Source of the DNA: Malacoraja senta
Lineage: Eukaryota
Direction: 5' to 3'
DNA length: 64,000 bases
NCBI GenBank assembly: GCA_038087875.1
Contig: JAXLNO010000087.1
Location: 186,001-250,000, forward strand
Position 1 is the stretch's first letter. Each line of letters opens with the position of its first letter. Positions 11,296-23,757 of this stretch are shown in pieces. A program made the translations under genes and the position numbers. The notes under the pieces are model-generated. The model worked only from the letters and a program-made list of their open reading frames with translations. It had not been told where the DNA came from and searched no databases.

Positions 11296-14200
11296 ATACG
11301 GTATAACTAGATGACGTTGAATTGGCAGTCGCATGATTGGCAAATTTATAAAAACTACTTTTTATCTGATGGTTAGAATTCAACGTATTTGCAGAGCAAT
11401 TCTCAACCACGGCTAGAAATGAAGGATTCCCATCTGGTGATAACGTGTTCCCTTTCACTTCATTTCCTGCAGAGGAACAGGACGCAGGACTCTTCTGGGA
11501 GCTCCTAAGTGACGTCAGGACCAGTGTCATCACACCAAATTTAAAGAGGGCAGATTAACCTGCAAACCTGCACGTGTTTGGGGTGGCCTTTATAACAAGG
11601 CCACCCCACATGTTGGCCTTTATAACAAGAGGAATCGAATATGGGAGCAAAGAGGTCCTTCTGCAGTTGTACAGATCCTTAGTGAGATCACATCTGGAGT
11701 ATTGTGTGCAGTTTTGGTCCCCTAATATGAGGAAGGACATTCTTGCTATTGAAGGAGTGCAGCGTAGGTTTACAAGGTTAATTCCCGGGTTGGCGGGACT
11801 GTCATATGCTGAGAGAATGGAGCAGCTGGGCTTGTACACTCTGGAGTTTAGAAGGATGAGAGGGTATCTCATTGAAACATATAAGATTGTTATGGGCTTG
11901 GACACGCTAGAGGCAGGAAACATGTTCCCGATGTTGGGGGAGTCCAGAACCAGGGGCCACAGTTTAAGAAAAAGGAATAAGCCATTTAGAACGGAGATGA
12001 GGAAACACTTTTTCTCACAGAGAGTGGTGAGTCTGTGGAATTCTCTGCCTCAGAGGGCGGTGGAGGCAGGTTCTCTGGATGCTTTCAAGAGAGAGCTAGA
12101 TGGGGCTCTTAAAAATAGCGAAGTCAGGGGATATGGGGAGAAGGCAGGATCGGGGTACTGATTGGGGATGATCAGCCATGATCACATTGAATGGCCGTGC
12201 TGGCTCGAAGGGCCGAATGGCCTACTGCTGCACCTATTGTCTATTGTTGAACGTTACATTTGTAACAGTAATAAACCTCTTGAAAAAGCCATGGGACGTG
12301 AAGACATTAAATGAAATGTACAAGTTAAATCAATAATAAGTAGGTATGACTAAAATAGGGTTGACCCATTATAAACGCACTTACTGGCAGGCCTCTGTGT
12401 TAAACAGGCATCACTGATTTGGCTGCTGGTGCATTGATTAGAGTACAAAGCTGACACGTCCACTCTTCCTCTTCTTGTTTGGCAATGGTATCTGTAGACT
12501 GACCTGGAGAGCCCTGTGCCCAAGTGACCAGGCTATTCCGTTGAGGAAAATTACTGTTTAGAAACAAAATTTGTTTAGGCTCAGCTTTGCATGTTATCCA
12601 ATCTGATTAGATAATACTAGACATAAATACAATCAAGTCAAACTTAAATACAACAGATAGAGCAAAGGGGAAGATACAGAGTGCAGAATATAGTTCTCAG
12701 CATTGTAGCGCATCAGTTCCAGAAACAAAAGCCAATGTCCGCAATGGGGTAGAGGTGAATTGGACAGTAGCCCAGCCTGATAACAGAGGGAAAGAAGCTA
12801 TTTCCGAGTCTGGTGGTGCACACTTTCTTCTGTATCTCCTGCCTGACGAGAGCAGGGAGATGAAGGAATAACCAGGATGGAAAAGGTCTTTGATAACATT
12901 GGCTGCCTTCCTGACGGAGAGTGAAGAGTAGATTAGTTAATGGTGGGAAATCTGGTCAGTGTGATGGACTGGCGGCATCTACAACTCTCTGCGATGTGTT
13001 GTGATCTTGGACAGAGTTGTTCCCAAACCAAGATGTGATGGTACCCGACAGTATGTGCGCAAGTTAGAGGAGCACCTCATATTTCGCTTGAGTAGTTTGC
13101 ACCCCAACGGCATGAACGTTGAATTCACTAATTTTAGATAGCCCTTGCTTTCTCACTCCTTCCCAGTTCTTCCACGTCCTACTGTCTCCGCCTACTTCTT
13201 TCCTTCTCTCCATAGACGCTGCCGCACCCACTGAGTTTCTCCAGCATTTTTTGTCTACCTTAGTATGTTTTCTATATTCATTGGTAACTCGGACTATCTT
13301 TGATCAAAATTTGCTGGCTTAACCTTGTGCTAAACGTTATTCCCTTACCATGTATCCATACACTGTAATGGTTGTAATAATGTATTGTCTTTCTGCTGAC
13401 TGGTTAGCACGCAGTTAGAAGTTTTTTACTGTACCTCGGCACACGTGACAATAAACTAAACTGAACTATAGTGTATGTGTAGATGTTTGAGAAAGTCATT
13501 GGAGACATGAAAAATGTCCTCACTCCTCAGGAAGTAGAGTCTATTGTGTGTCTTTTTGGCTGTTGCATCAGTGGGTCTAGTTCATGTTAAAAGCCTAAAT
13601 AATGCCATAGATATTAAAGTTAGATTTAGCTCTTAGGGCTAAGGGAATCAAGGGACATGGGGGGGGGAAAGCCAGAACTGGGTACTGATTGGGGATGATC
13701 AGCCATGATCATATTGAATGGCGGTTCTCGTCGAAGGGCCGAATGGCCTACTCCTGCATCTATTTTCTAAAACAGATTGTTCAGAAAAGAAAATGCTATT
13801 CCCCTTATAACCTTATGGGAAAAGTGTCAGAATTTAAGATTTTATTTCAATAACAGCGTGCTTATTTACACTGTATTCACAGACAATGCAATAGAGTTTA
13901 GAAATAAAGACACCACCGTGTCCACCAACTCCAGAGCCAAATATAAAACTCAGCCGGCCGGGCGGCACCTGCGAGGGAACGGACCAGGAGCCGCCCCGGG
14001 CCAGGGCTCCCGCCCAACAGGAAGGAACCGCAGATGCAGCCGTCCCTGTAAAACGCCAAATAATTCCGGGAATGCCGAGGCAAGAGGGTGAGAGAGAGGG
14101 AGTGAGAGAGTAAGAGAGAGAGAGAGAGAGACGAGATAGGGAGCGTGAGAGAGAGCGCGCGAGAGAGAGAGGGAGGGAGGGAGAGAGCGAAAGACAGAGA

Positions 14201-14810
14201 GACACAGCGAGAGAGGGAGAGAGCGAGGGAGAGAGGGGAGAGAGACAGAGAGCGAGACAGAGGGACACCAGCCCCCCAACCCCAAGCACCGCGGCAAACC
14301 AACGCCAACAAAAACACTCATCTTGAAACCCAAAACACCAATGGATTTAATCTGTTACAATCCCCAGAGGTACAGCATGACCCTTCCCATTCCTGCATTT
14401 TCCAAGCAGCAAGATCCCAAGTCAACCCCACAGGGCCACCACCCCTCCATTGGCGAGTGGCATGCCAACGAAACAGGAAGTTGGGCCGATCCCGGCCGCT
14501 CCCACCTGCCCGCTGAACCTCGGCCGGTACAGCGGTGACTCATTGTTACGATTATCTTTGGTCGATTTTGCCTTGTTAAACACGGACTTTAAATAAATTT
14601 GTATTTAACAACACAAAATCGCACATCTTATCGCATTTCCGTATAAAATCCGGAAAATCTGTACTATTTGGCAGCCCTGCAAGGACTGAAGCAGGCCTCT
14701 GAATATACAATTTTTCAACAAAGTAAAACAGGCAAACCAATTAAGGTACCCTAAGTGGTGACGCCAATGCCATCACAACCGTTTGAATGCATACAGATTG
14801 ATCGAGCCGC
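11296..14810. repeat. Amplified unit, direct copy 2
   Basis: Starts with the same cctca|tacggtataactag junction. Confidence 0.92.
12385..12553 (-). pseudogene. NEIL3: Duplicated NEIL3 exon 7 (169 nt, 1-bp deletion)
   Basis: Near-identical to 3966-4135 and shares the catcactgat deletion with the 8.2-kb copy. Confidence 0.88.
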
Positions 14811-16520
14811 GTTGAGCTTTCGCGGCTGGCGTTGGGGATCAGCGGCTGGCGTTGAGGTTTAACGGCTGGCTTTGGGGTTTAGCGGCTGGCGTTGGGGTTT
14901 AGCGGCTGGCGTTGGGGTTGAGCGGCTGGCGTTGGGGTTGAGCAGCTGCCGTTGATGTTTAATGGCCGCTGTTGGTGTTTAGCGGCTGGCGTTGGGGGTT
15001 AGTGGCTGGCTTTGGGGGTTATTGGCTGGCGTTGGGGGTGAGCGGCTGGCGTTGGGGGTGAGCGGCTGGCATTGGGGGTTAGCGGCTGGTGTTGGGGTTG
15101 AGCGGCTGGCGTTGGGGTGCAGCGGCAGGTGTGGTGCAGCGGCAGGCGTTGAGGTGCAGCGGCCGGCCTTGTTGTTTAGCGGCCGGCGTTGTGGTTTAGC
15201 GACCGGCGTTGAGGTTTAGCGGCCGGTTTTGTGGTTTAGCGGCTGCCGTTGGGATTTGCGGCTGCCGTTGGGATTTGCGGCTGTCGTTGGGGTTTAGTGA
15301 CTGGCGTTGAGCTTTTGCGGCTGGCGTTGGGGATCAGCGGCTGGCGTTGAGGTTTAACGGCTGGCTTTGGGGTTTAGCGGCTGGCGTTGGGGTTTAGCGG
15401 CTGGCGTTGGGGTTGAGCGGCTGGCGCGGTGCTTGGAGTTGGGGGGCTGGTGTCCCTCTGTCTCGCTCTCTGTCTCTCTCCCTCTCTCCCTCGCTCTCTC
15501 CCTCTCTCGCTGTGTCTCTCTGTCTTTCGCTCTCTCCCTCCCTCTCTCTCGCGCGCTCTCTCTCACGCTCCCTATCTCGTCTCTCTCTCTCTCTCTCTCT
15601 CTCTTACTCTCTCACTCCCTCTCTCTCACCCTCTTGCCTCGGCATTCCCGGAATTATTTGGTGTTTTACAGGGACGGCTGCATCTGCGGTTCCTTTCTGT
15701 TGGGGGGGAGCCCTGGCCCGGGGCGGCTCCTGGTCCGTTCCCTCGCAGGTGCCGCCCGGCCGGCTGAGTTTTATATTTGGCTCTGGAGTTGGTGGACACG
15801 GTGGTGTCTTTATTTCTAAACTCTATTGCATTGTCTGTGAATACAGTGTAAATAAGCACGCTGTTATTGAAATAAAATCTTAAATTCTGACACTTTTCCT
15901 ATAAGGTTATAAGGGGAATAGCATTTTCTTTTCTGAACAATCTGTTTTAGAAAATAGGTGCAGGAGTAGGCCATTCGGCCCTTCGACGAGAACCGCCATT
16001 CAATGTGATCATGGCTGATCATCCCCAATCAGTACCCAGTTCTGGCTTCCCCCCCCCATGTCCCTTGATTCCCTTAGCCCTAAGAGCTAAATCTAACTTT
16101 AATATCTATGGCATTATTTAGGCTTTTAACATGAACCAGACCCACTGATGCAACAGCCAAAAAGACACACAATAGACTCTACTTCCTGAGGAGTGAGGAA
16201 ATTTTTCATGTCTCTAATGACTTTCTCAAACATCTACACATACACTATAGTTCAGTTTAGTTTATTGTCACGTGTACCGAGGTACAGTAAAAAACTTCTA
16301 ACTGCGTGCTAACCAGTCAGCAGAAAGACAATACATTATTACAACCATTACAGTGTATGGATACATGGTAAGGGAATAACGTTTAGCACAAGGTTAAGCC
16401 AGCAAATTTTGATCAAAGATAGTCCGAGTCACCAATGAATATAGAAAACATACTAAGGTAGACAAAAAAGGCTGGAGAAACTCAGTGGGTGCGGCAGCGT
16501 CTATGGAGAGAAGGAAAGAA

Positions 16521-16740
16521 GTATTGTATTGTATTGTATTCAATTTATTGTCATTATCTCATTAAGAGACAACGAAATGGATTTTTCTTACAGTCATGTA
16601 TCATAAAAATAAATAATAAATCAATAAAAAAGCACAAACACAGAAGTCCACGACAGAACATAACCCCACAGCGGCACCAAAGTTAAGGAAGGTACCATAG
16701 TCCAGCCAGCCTCCCCGTCGATCTTCCCAGATGTTCACCC
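16521..16740 (-). mobile_element. Short retroelement 3' tail insertion private to the inverted copy
   Basis: Interrupts gaaagaa|gtaggcggag. The minus strand ends gacaataaattgaatacaatacaatacaatac. Confidence 0.7.
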
Positions 16741-17382
16741 GTAGGCGGAGACAGTAGGACGTGGAAGAACTGGGAAGGAGTGAGAAAGCAAGGGCTATCT
16801 AAAGTTAGTGAAGTCAACGTTCATGCCGTTGGGGTGCAAACTGCTCAAGCGAAATATGAGGTGCTCCTCTAACTTGCGCACATACTGTCGGGTACCATCA
16901 CATCTTGGTTTGGGAACAACTCTGTCCAAGATCACAACACATCGCAGAGAGTTGTAGATGCCGCCAGTCCATCACACTGACCAGATTTCCCACCATTAAC
17001 TAATCTACTCTTCACTCTCCGTCAGGAAGGCAGCCAATGTTATCAAAGACCTTTTCCATCCTGGTTATTCCTTCATCTCCCTGCTCTCGTCAGGCAGGAG
17101 ATACAGAAGAAAGTGTGCACCACCAGACTCGGGAATAGCTTCTTTCCCTCTGTTATCAGGCTGGGCTACTGTCCAATTCACCTCTACCCCATTGCGGACA
17201 TTGGCCTTTGTTTCTGGAACTGATGCGCTACAATGCTGAGAACTATATTCTGCACTCTGTATCTTCCCCTTTGCTCTATCTGTTGTATTTAAGTTTGACT
17301 TGATTGTATTTATGTCTAGTATTATCTAATCAAATTGGATAACATGCAAAGCTGAGCCTAAACAAATTTTGATTCTAAACAG

Positions 17383-17552
17383 TAATTTTCCTCAACGGAA
17401 TAGCTTGGTCACTTGGGCACAGGGCTCTCCAGGTCAGTCTACTGATACCATTGCCAAACAAGAAGAGGAAGAGTGGACGTGTCAGCTTTGTACTCTAATC
17501 AATGCACCAGCAGCCAAATCATGTGATGCCTGTTTAAGACAGAGGCCTGCCA
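17383..17552 (+). pseudogene. NEIL3: Duplicated NEIL3 exon 7 in the inverted copy
   Basis: 170 nt, ag/gt intact, open frame, opposite orientation. Confidence 0.88.
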
Positions 17553-17585
17553 GTAAGTGCGTTTATAATGGGTCAACCCTATTTT

Positions 17586-18520
17586 CAAAGGAAAGTTGGA
17601 ATGAACACTTATTAAACGTGCATAAATGCTCGATTAATGTAAGACACACTTTAATACAATTTAACATTTTACATAGATTATATTATTCGAAAACTAAAAT
17701 TCATAAAATTTTCCCAAATGTATCATCTATTTGTGATAAATGTCAATCCCAAGAAGCTACCATAACGCACTCATTCGTTTCTTGTACAAAAATTCAAAAA
17801 TTTTGGAATGAAATTTTTGAAATCTTTACAAAGTTATTTAAAACAAGACTGATACCCAAAGCAGAATGGATTATCTTCGGTATAACGGAAGATGGTCCAG
17901 AACTAAATGTGTTTCAAAAGAAACCAATGGACTATGGGGTAATAACTGGAAAAAAGCTAATTCTAAAATTTTGGAAGAAGGCTCCAATACCAACTATAAA
18001 TATGTGGATTTCAAATATGTTTGAAACATTACACCTAGAAGAGATAAGACTCCTCCTAGCAGGTAAACCAGATCATTTCCACCTGACGTGGTCTGCATTT
18101 ATAGAATTATTACAAACATAGGGTGCAAAAGTACTTTAAAAAAAAAAAAAAAAAAATTGAGGTCAGGTAAGGGGGGATGATAGTTGAAGAGTTGGTATGT
18201 CCAATTTGCGTAATGCTCATAAAAATATTTGTTTCTCTCTTTTTCCTCTTTCTCTCTTTCTTTCTTTCCTTGGGTCTATTTCTTAACTCTTTTTCTTTTG
18301 TTTTTAATTTTGCTCTTATAGGGTCTTCGTCCTTTTTTGTTGTCACATTTCCTGCACTTCCACTTTTTCCTTCACTTTCTTCTTTCTTTCAATCTTTTCC
18401 TTTTCTAGTGTAAAAAATAAATGGAGTACATTAATTGTAAGAAGATATAAATGACAAGTACTAATGTATGTGGTTGTAATGTAATGTACTTCTAATAAAA
18501 TACAAATTAAAAAAAAAAAA
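17586..18520 (+). mobile_element. L1-clade 3' fragment (ORF2 zf-RVT region, 3'UTR, polyA)
   Basis: IQFNILHRLYYS..CDKC..EATITHSFVSC..IQKFW; AATAAA at 18494 followed by an A tail. Confidence 0.88.
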
Positions 18521-18634
18521 CAATAGACAATAGGTGCAGGAGTAGGCCATTCGGCCCTTCGAGCCAGCACGGCCATTCAATGTGATCATGGCTGATCATC
18601 CCCAATCAGTACCCTGATCCTGCCTTCTCCCCAT

Positions 18635-19207
18635 AACGACAGCCGCAAATCCCAACGGCAGCCGCAAATCCCAACGGCAGCCGCTAAACCACAAAACCGG
18701 CCGCTAAACCTCAACGCCGGCCGCTAAACCACAACGCCGGCCGCTAAACAACAAGGCCGGCCGCTGCACCTCAACGCATGCCGCTGCACCACACCTGCCG
18801 CTGCACCCCAACGCCAGCCGCTCAACCCCAACACCAGCCACTAACCCCCAATGCCAGCCGCTCACCACCAACGCCAGCCGCTCACCCCCAACGCCAGCCA
18901 ATAACCCTCAAAGCCAGCCACTAACCCCCAACGCCAGCCGCTAAACACCAACAGCGGCCATTAAACATCAACGGCAGCTGCTCAACCCCAACGCCAGCCG
19001 CTCAACCCCAACGCCAGCCGCTAAACCTCAACGCCAGCCGCTAAACCCCAAAGCCAGCCGTTAAACCTCAACGCCAGCCGCTGATCCCCAACGCCAGCCG
19101 CGAAAGCTCAACGCCAGTCACTAAACCCCAACGACAGCCGCAAATCCCAACGGCAGCCGCAAATCCCAACGGCAGCCGCTAAACCACAAAACCGGCTGCT
19201 AAACCTC
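18635..19207. repeat. 20-bp satellite block 3
   Basis: Tandem 20-mers, starting mid-block. Confidence 0.95.
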
Positions 19208-20157
19208 ATACGGTATAACTAGATGACGTTGAATTGGCAGTCGCATGATTGGCAAATTTATAAAAACTACTTTTTGTCTGATGGTTAGAATTCAACGTAT
19301 TTGCAGAGCAATTCTCAACCACGGCTAGAAATGAAGGATTCCCATCTGGTGATAACGTGTTCCCTTTCACTTCATTTCCTGCAGAGGAACAGGACGCAGG
19401 ACTCTTCTGGGAGCTCTAAGTGACGTCAGGACCAGTGTCGTCACACCAAATTTAAAGAGGGCAGATTAACCTGCAAACCTGCACGTGTTTGGGGTGGCCT
19501 TTATAACAAGCCCACCCCACATGTTGGCCTTTATAACAAGAGGAATCGAATATGGGAGCAAAGAGGTCCTTCTGCAGTTGTACAGATCCTTAGTGAGATC
19601 ACATCTGGAGTATTGTGTGCAGTTTTGGTCCCCTAATATGAGGAAGGACATTCTTGCTATTGAAGGAGTGCAGCGTAGGTTTACAAGGTTAATTCCCGGG
19701 TTGGCGGGACTGTCATATGCTGAGAGAATGGAGCAGCTGGGCTTGTACACTCTGGAGTTTAGAAGGATGAGAGGGTATCTCATTGAAACATATAAGATTG
19801 TTATGGGCTTGGACACGCTAGAGGCAGGAAACATGTTCCCGATGTTGGGGGAGTCCAGAACCAGGGGCCACAGTTTAAGAAAAAGGAATAAGCCATTTAG
19901 AACGGAGATGAGGAAACACTTTTTCTCACAGAGAGTGGTGAGTCTGTGGAATTCTCTGCCTCAGAGGGCGGTGGAGGCAGGTTCTCTGGATGCTTTCAAG
20001 AGAGAGCTAGATGGGGCTCTTAAAAATAGCGAAGTCAGGGGATATGGGGAGAAGGCAGGATCGGGGTACTGATTGGGGATGATCAGCCATGATCACATTG
20101 AATGGCCGTGCTGGCTCGAAGGGCCGAATGGCCTACTCCTGCACCTATTGTCTATTG

Positions 20158-21090
20158 TTTTTGTTTTTTAATTTGTATTTTATTAGAAGTACATTACATT
20201 ACAACCACATACATTAGTACTTGTCATTTATATCTTCTTACAATTAATGTACTCCATTTTTTTTTACACTAGAAAAGGAAAAGATTGAAAGAAAGAAGAA
20301 AGTGAAGGAAAAAGTGGAAGTGCAGGAAATGTGACAACAAAAAAGGACGAAGACCCTATAAGAGCAAAATTAAAAACAAAAGAAAAAGAGTTAAGAAATA
20401 GACCCAAGGAAAGAAAGAAAGAGAGAAAGAGGAAAAAGAGAGAAACAAATATTTTTATGAGCATTACGCAAATTGGACATACCAACTCTTCAACTATCAT
20501 CCCCCCTTACCTGACCTCAATTTTTTTTTTTTTTTTTTAAAGTACTTTTGCACCCTATGTTTGTAATAATTCTATAAATGCAGACCACGTCAGGTGGAAA
20601 TGATCTGGTTTACCTGCTAGGAGGAGTCTTATCTCTTCTAGGTGTAATGTTTCAAACATATTTGAAATCCACATATTTATAGTTGGTATTGGAGCCTTCT
20701 TCCAAAATTTTAGAATTAGCTTTTTTCCAGTTATTAACCCATAGTCCATTAGTTTCTTTTGAAACACATTTAGTTCTGGACCATCTTCCGTTATACCGAA
20801 GATAATCCATTCTGCTTTGGGTATCAGTCTTGTTTTAAATAACTTTGTAAAGATTTCAAAAATTTCATTCCAAAATTTTTGAATTTTTGTACAAGAAACG
20901 AATGAGTGCGTTATGGTAGCTTCTTGGGATTGACATTTATCACAAATAGATGATACATTTGGGAAAATTTTATGAATTTTAGTTTTCGAATAATATAATC
21001 TATGTAAAATGTTAAATTGTATTAAAGTGTGTCTTACATTAATCGAGCATTTATGCACGTTTAATAAGTGTTCATTCCAACTTTCCTTTG
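20158..21090 (-). mobile_element. L1-clade 3' fragment
   Basis: Reverse complement of 17586-18520. Confidence 0.88.
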
Positions 21091-21123
21091 AAAATAGGGT
21101 TGACCCATTATAAACGCACTTAC

Positions 21124-21293
21124 TGGCAGGCCTCTGTCTTAAACAGGCATCACATGATTTGGCTGCTGGTGCATTGATTAGAGTACAAAGCTGACACGTC
21201 CACTCTTCCTCTTCTTGTTTGGCAATGGTATCAGTAGACTGACCTGGAGAGCCCTGTGCCCAAGTGACCAGGCTATTCCGTTGAGGAAAATTA
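21124..21293 (-). pseudogene. NEIL3: Duplicated NEIL3 exon 7
   Basis: 170 nt, ag/gt intact, open frame. Confidence 0.88.
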
Positions 21294-23029
21294 CTGTTTA
21301 GAATCAAAATTTGTTTAGGCTCAGCTTTGCATGTTATCCAATCTGATTAGATAATACTAGACATAAATACAATCAAGTCAAACTTAAATACAACAGATAG
21401 AGCAAAGGGGAAGATACAGAGTGCAGAATATAGTTCTCAGCATTGTAGCGCATCAGTTCCAGAAACAAAGGCCAATGCCCGCAATGGGGTAGAGGTGAAT
21501 TGGACAGTAGCCCAGCCTGATAACAGAGGGAAAGAAGCTATTCCCGAGTCTGGTGGTGCACACTTTCTTCTGTATCTGCTGCCTGACGAGAGCAGGGAGA
21601 TGAAGGAATAACCAGGATGGAAAAGGTCTTTGATAACATTGGCTGCCTTCCTGACGGAGAGTGAAGAGTAGATTAGTTAATGGTGGGAAATCTGGTCAGT
21701 GTGATGGACTGGCGGCATCTACAACTCTCTGCGATGTGTTGTGATCTTGGACAGAGTTGTTCCCAAACCAAGATGTGATGGTACCCGACAGTATGTGCGC
21801 AAGTTAGAGGAGCACCTCATATTTCGCTTGAGTAGTTTGCACCCCAACGGCATGAACGTTGACTTCACTAATTTTAGATAGCCCTTGCTTTCTCACTCCT
21901 TCCCAGTTCTTCCACGTCCTACTGTCTCCGCCTACTTCTTTCCTTCTCTCCATAGACGCTGCCGCACCCACTGAGTTTCTCCAGCATTTTTTGTCTACCT
22001 TAGTATGTTTTCTATATTCATTGGTGACTCGGACTATCTTTGATCAAAATTTGCTGGCTTAACCTTGTGCTAAACGTTATTCCCTTACCATGTATCCATA
22101 CACTGTAATGGTTGTAATAAGGTATTGTCTTTCTGCTGACTGGTTAGCACGCAGTTAGAAGTTTTTTACTGTACCTCGGTACACGTGACAATAAACTAAA
22201 CTGAACTATAGTGTATGTGTAGATGTTTGAGAAAGTCATTGGAGACATGAAAAATTTCCTCACTCCTCAGGAAGTAGAGTCTATTGTGTGTCTTTTTGGC
22301 TGTTGCATCAGTGGGTCTGGTTCATGTTAAAAGCCTAAATAATGCCATAGATATTAAAGTTAGATTTAGCTCTTAGGGCTAAGGGAATCAAGGGACATGG
22401 GGGGGGGGGAAGCCAGAACTGGGTACTGATTGGGGATGATCAGCCATGATCACATTGAATGGCGGTTCTCGTCGAAGGGCCGAATGGCCTACTCCTGCAC
22501 CTATTTTCTAAAACAGATTGTTCAGAAAAGAAAATGCTATTCCCCTTATAACCTTATGGGAAAAGTGTCAGAATTTAAGATTTTATTTCAATAACAGCGT
22601 GCTTATTTACACTGTATTCACAGACAATGCAATAGAGTTTAGAAATAAAGACACCACCGTGTCCACCAACTCCAGAGCCAAATATAAAACTCAGCCGGCC
22701 GGGCGGCACCTGCGAGGGAACGGACCAGGAGCAGCCCCGGGCCAGGGCTCCCGCCCAACAGAAAGGAACCGCAGATGCAGCCGTCCCTGTAAAACGCCAA
22801 ATAATTCCGGGAATGCCGAGGCAAGAGGGTGAGAGAGAGGGAGTGAGAGAGTAAGAGAGAGAGAGAGAGAGACGAGATAAGGAGCGTGAGAGAGAGCGCG
22901 CGAGAGAGAGGGAGGGAGAGAGCGAAAGAGAGAGAGACACAGCGAGAGAGGGAGAGAGCGAGGGAGAGAGGGGAGAGAGACAGAGAGCGAGACAGAGGGA
23001 CACCAGCCCCCCCAACTCCAAGCACCGCG

Positions 23030-23757
23030 CCAGCCGCTCAACCCCAACGGCAGCCGCTAAACCCCAACGCCAGCCGCTAAACCCCAAAGCCAGCCGTTAA
23101 ACCTCAACGCCAGCCGCTGATCCCCCAACGCCAGCCGCGAAAGCTCAACGCCAGTCACTAAACCCCAACGACAGCCGCAAATCCCAACGGCAGCCGCAAA
23201 TCCCAACGGCAGCCGCAAATCCCAACGGCAGCCGCTAAACCACAAACCGGCCGCTAAACCTCAACGCCGGCCGCTAAACCACAACGCCGGCCGCTAAACA
23301 ACAAGGCCGGCCGCTGCACCTCAACGCCTGCCGCTGCACCACACCTGCCGCTGCACCCCAACGCCAGCCGCTCAACCCCAACACCAGCCGCTAACCCCCA
23401 ACGCCAGCCGCTCACCCCCAACGCCAGCCGCTCACCCCCAACGCCAGCCAATAACCCCCAAAGCCAGCCACTAACCCCCAACGCCAGCCGCTAAACACCA
23501 ACAGCGGCCGTTAAACATCAACGGCAGCTGCTCAACCCCAACGCCAGCCGCTCAACCCCAACACCAGCCGCTAAACCCCAACGCCAGCCGCTAAACCCCA
23601 AAGCCAGCCGTTAAACCTCAACGCCAGCCGCTGATCCCCAACGCCAGCCGCGAAAGCTCAACGCCAGTCACTAAACCCTAACGACAGCCGCAAATCCCAA
23701 CGGCAGCCGCAAATCCCAACGGCAGCCGCTAAACCACAAAACCGGCTGCTAAACCTC
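23030..23757. repeat. 20-bp satellite block 4
   Basis: Tandem 20-mers. Confidence 0.95.

Larger units (their letters stand above)
14811..18634. repeat. Inverted copy (satellite 14811-15427 plus unit 15428-18634)
   Basis: Reverse complement of ~20043-23663. Confidence 0.92.
19208..23029. repeat. Amplified unit, direct copy 3 (with L1; lacks the ~5868-6394 equivalent)
   Basis: Sequence identity to the other copies; junction caccgcg|ccagccgctca. Confidence 0.92.
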
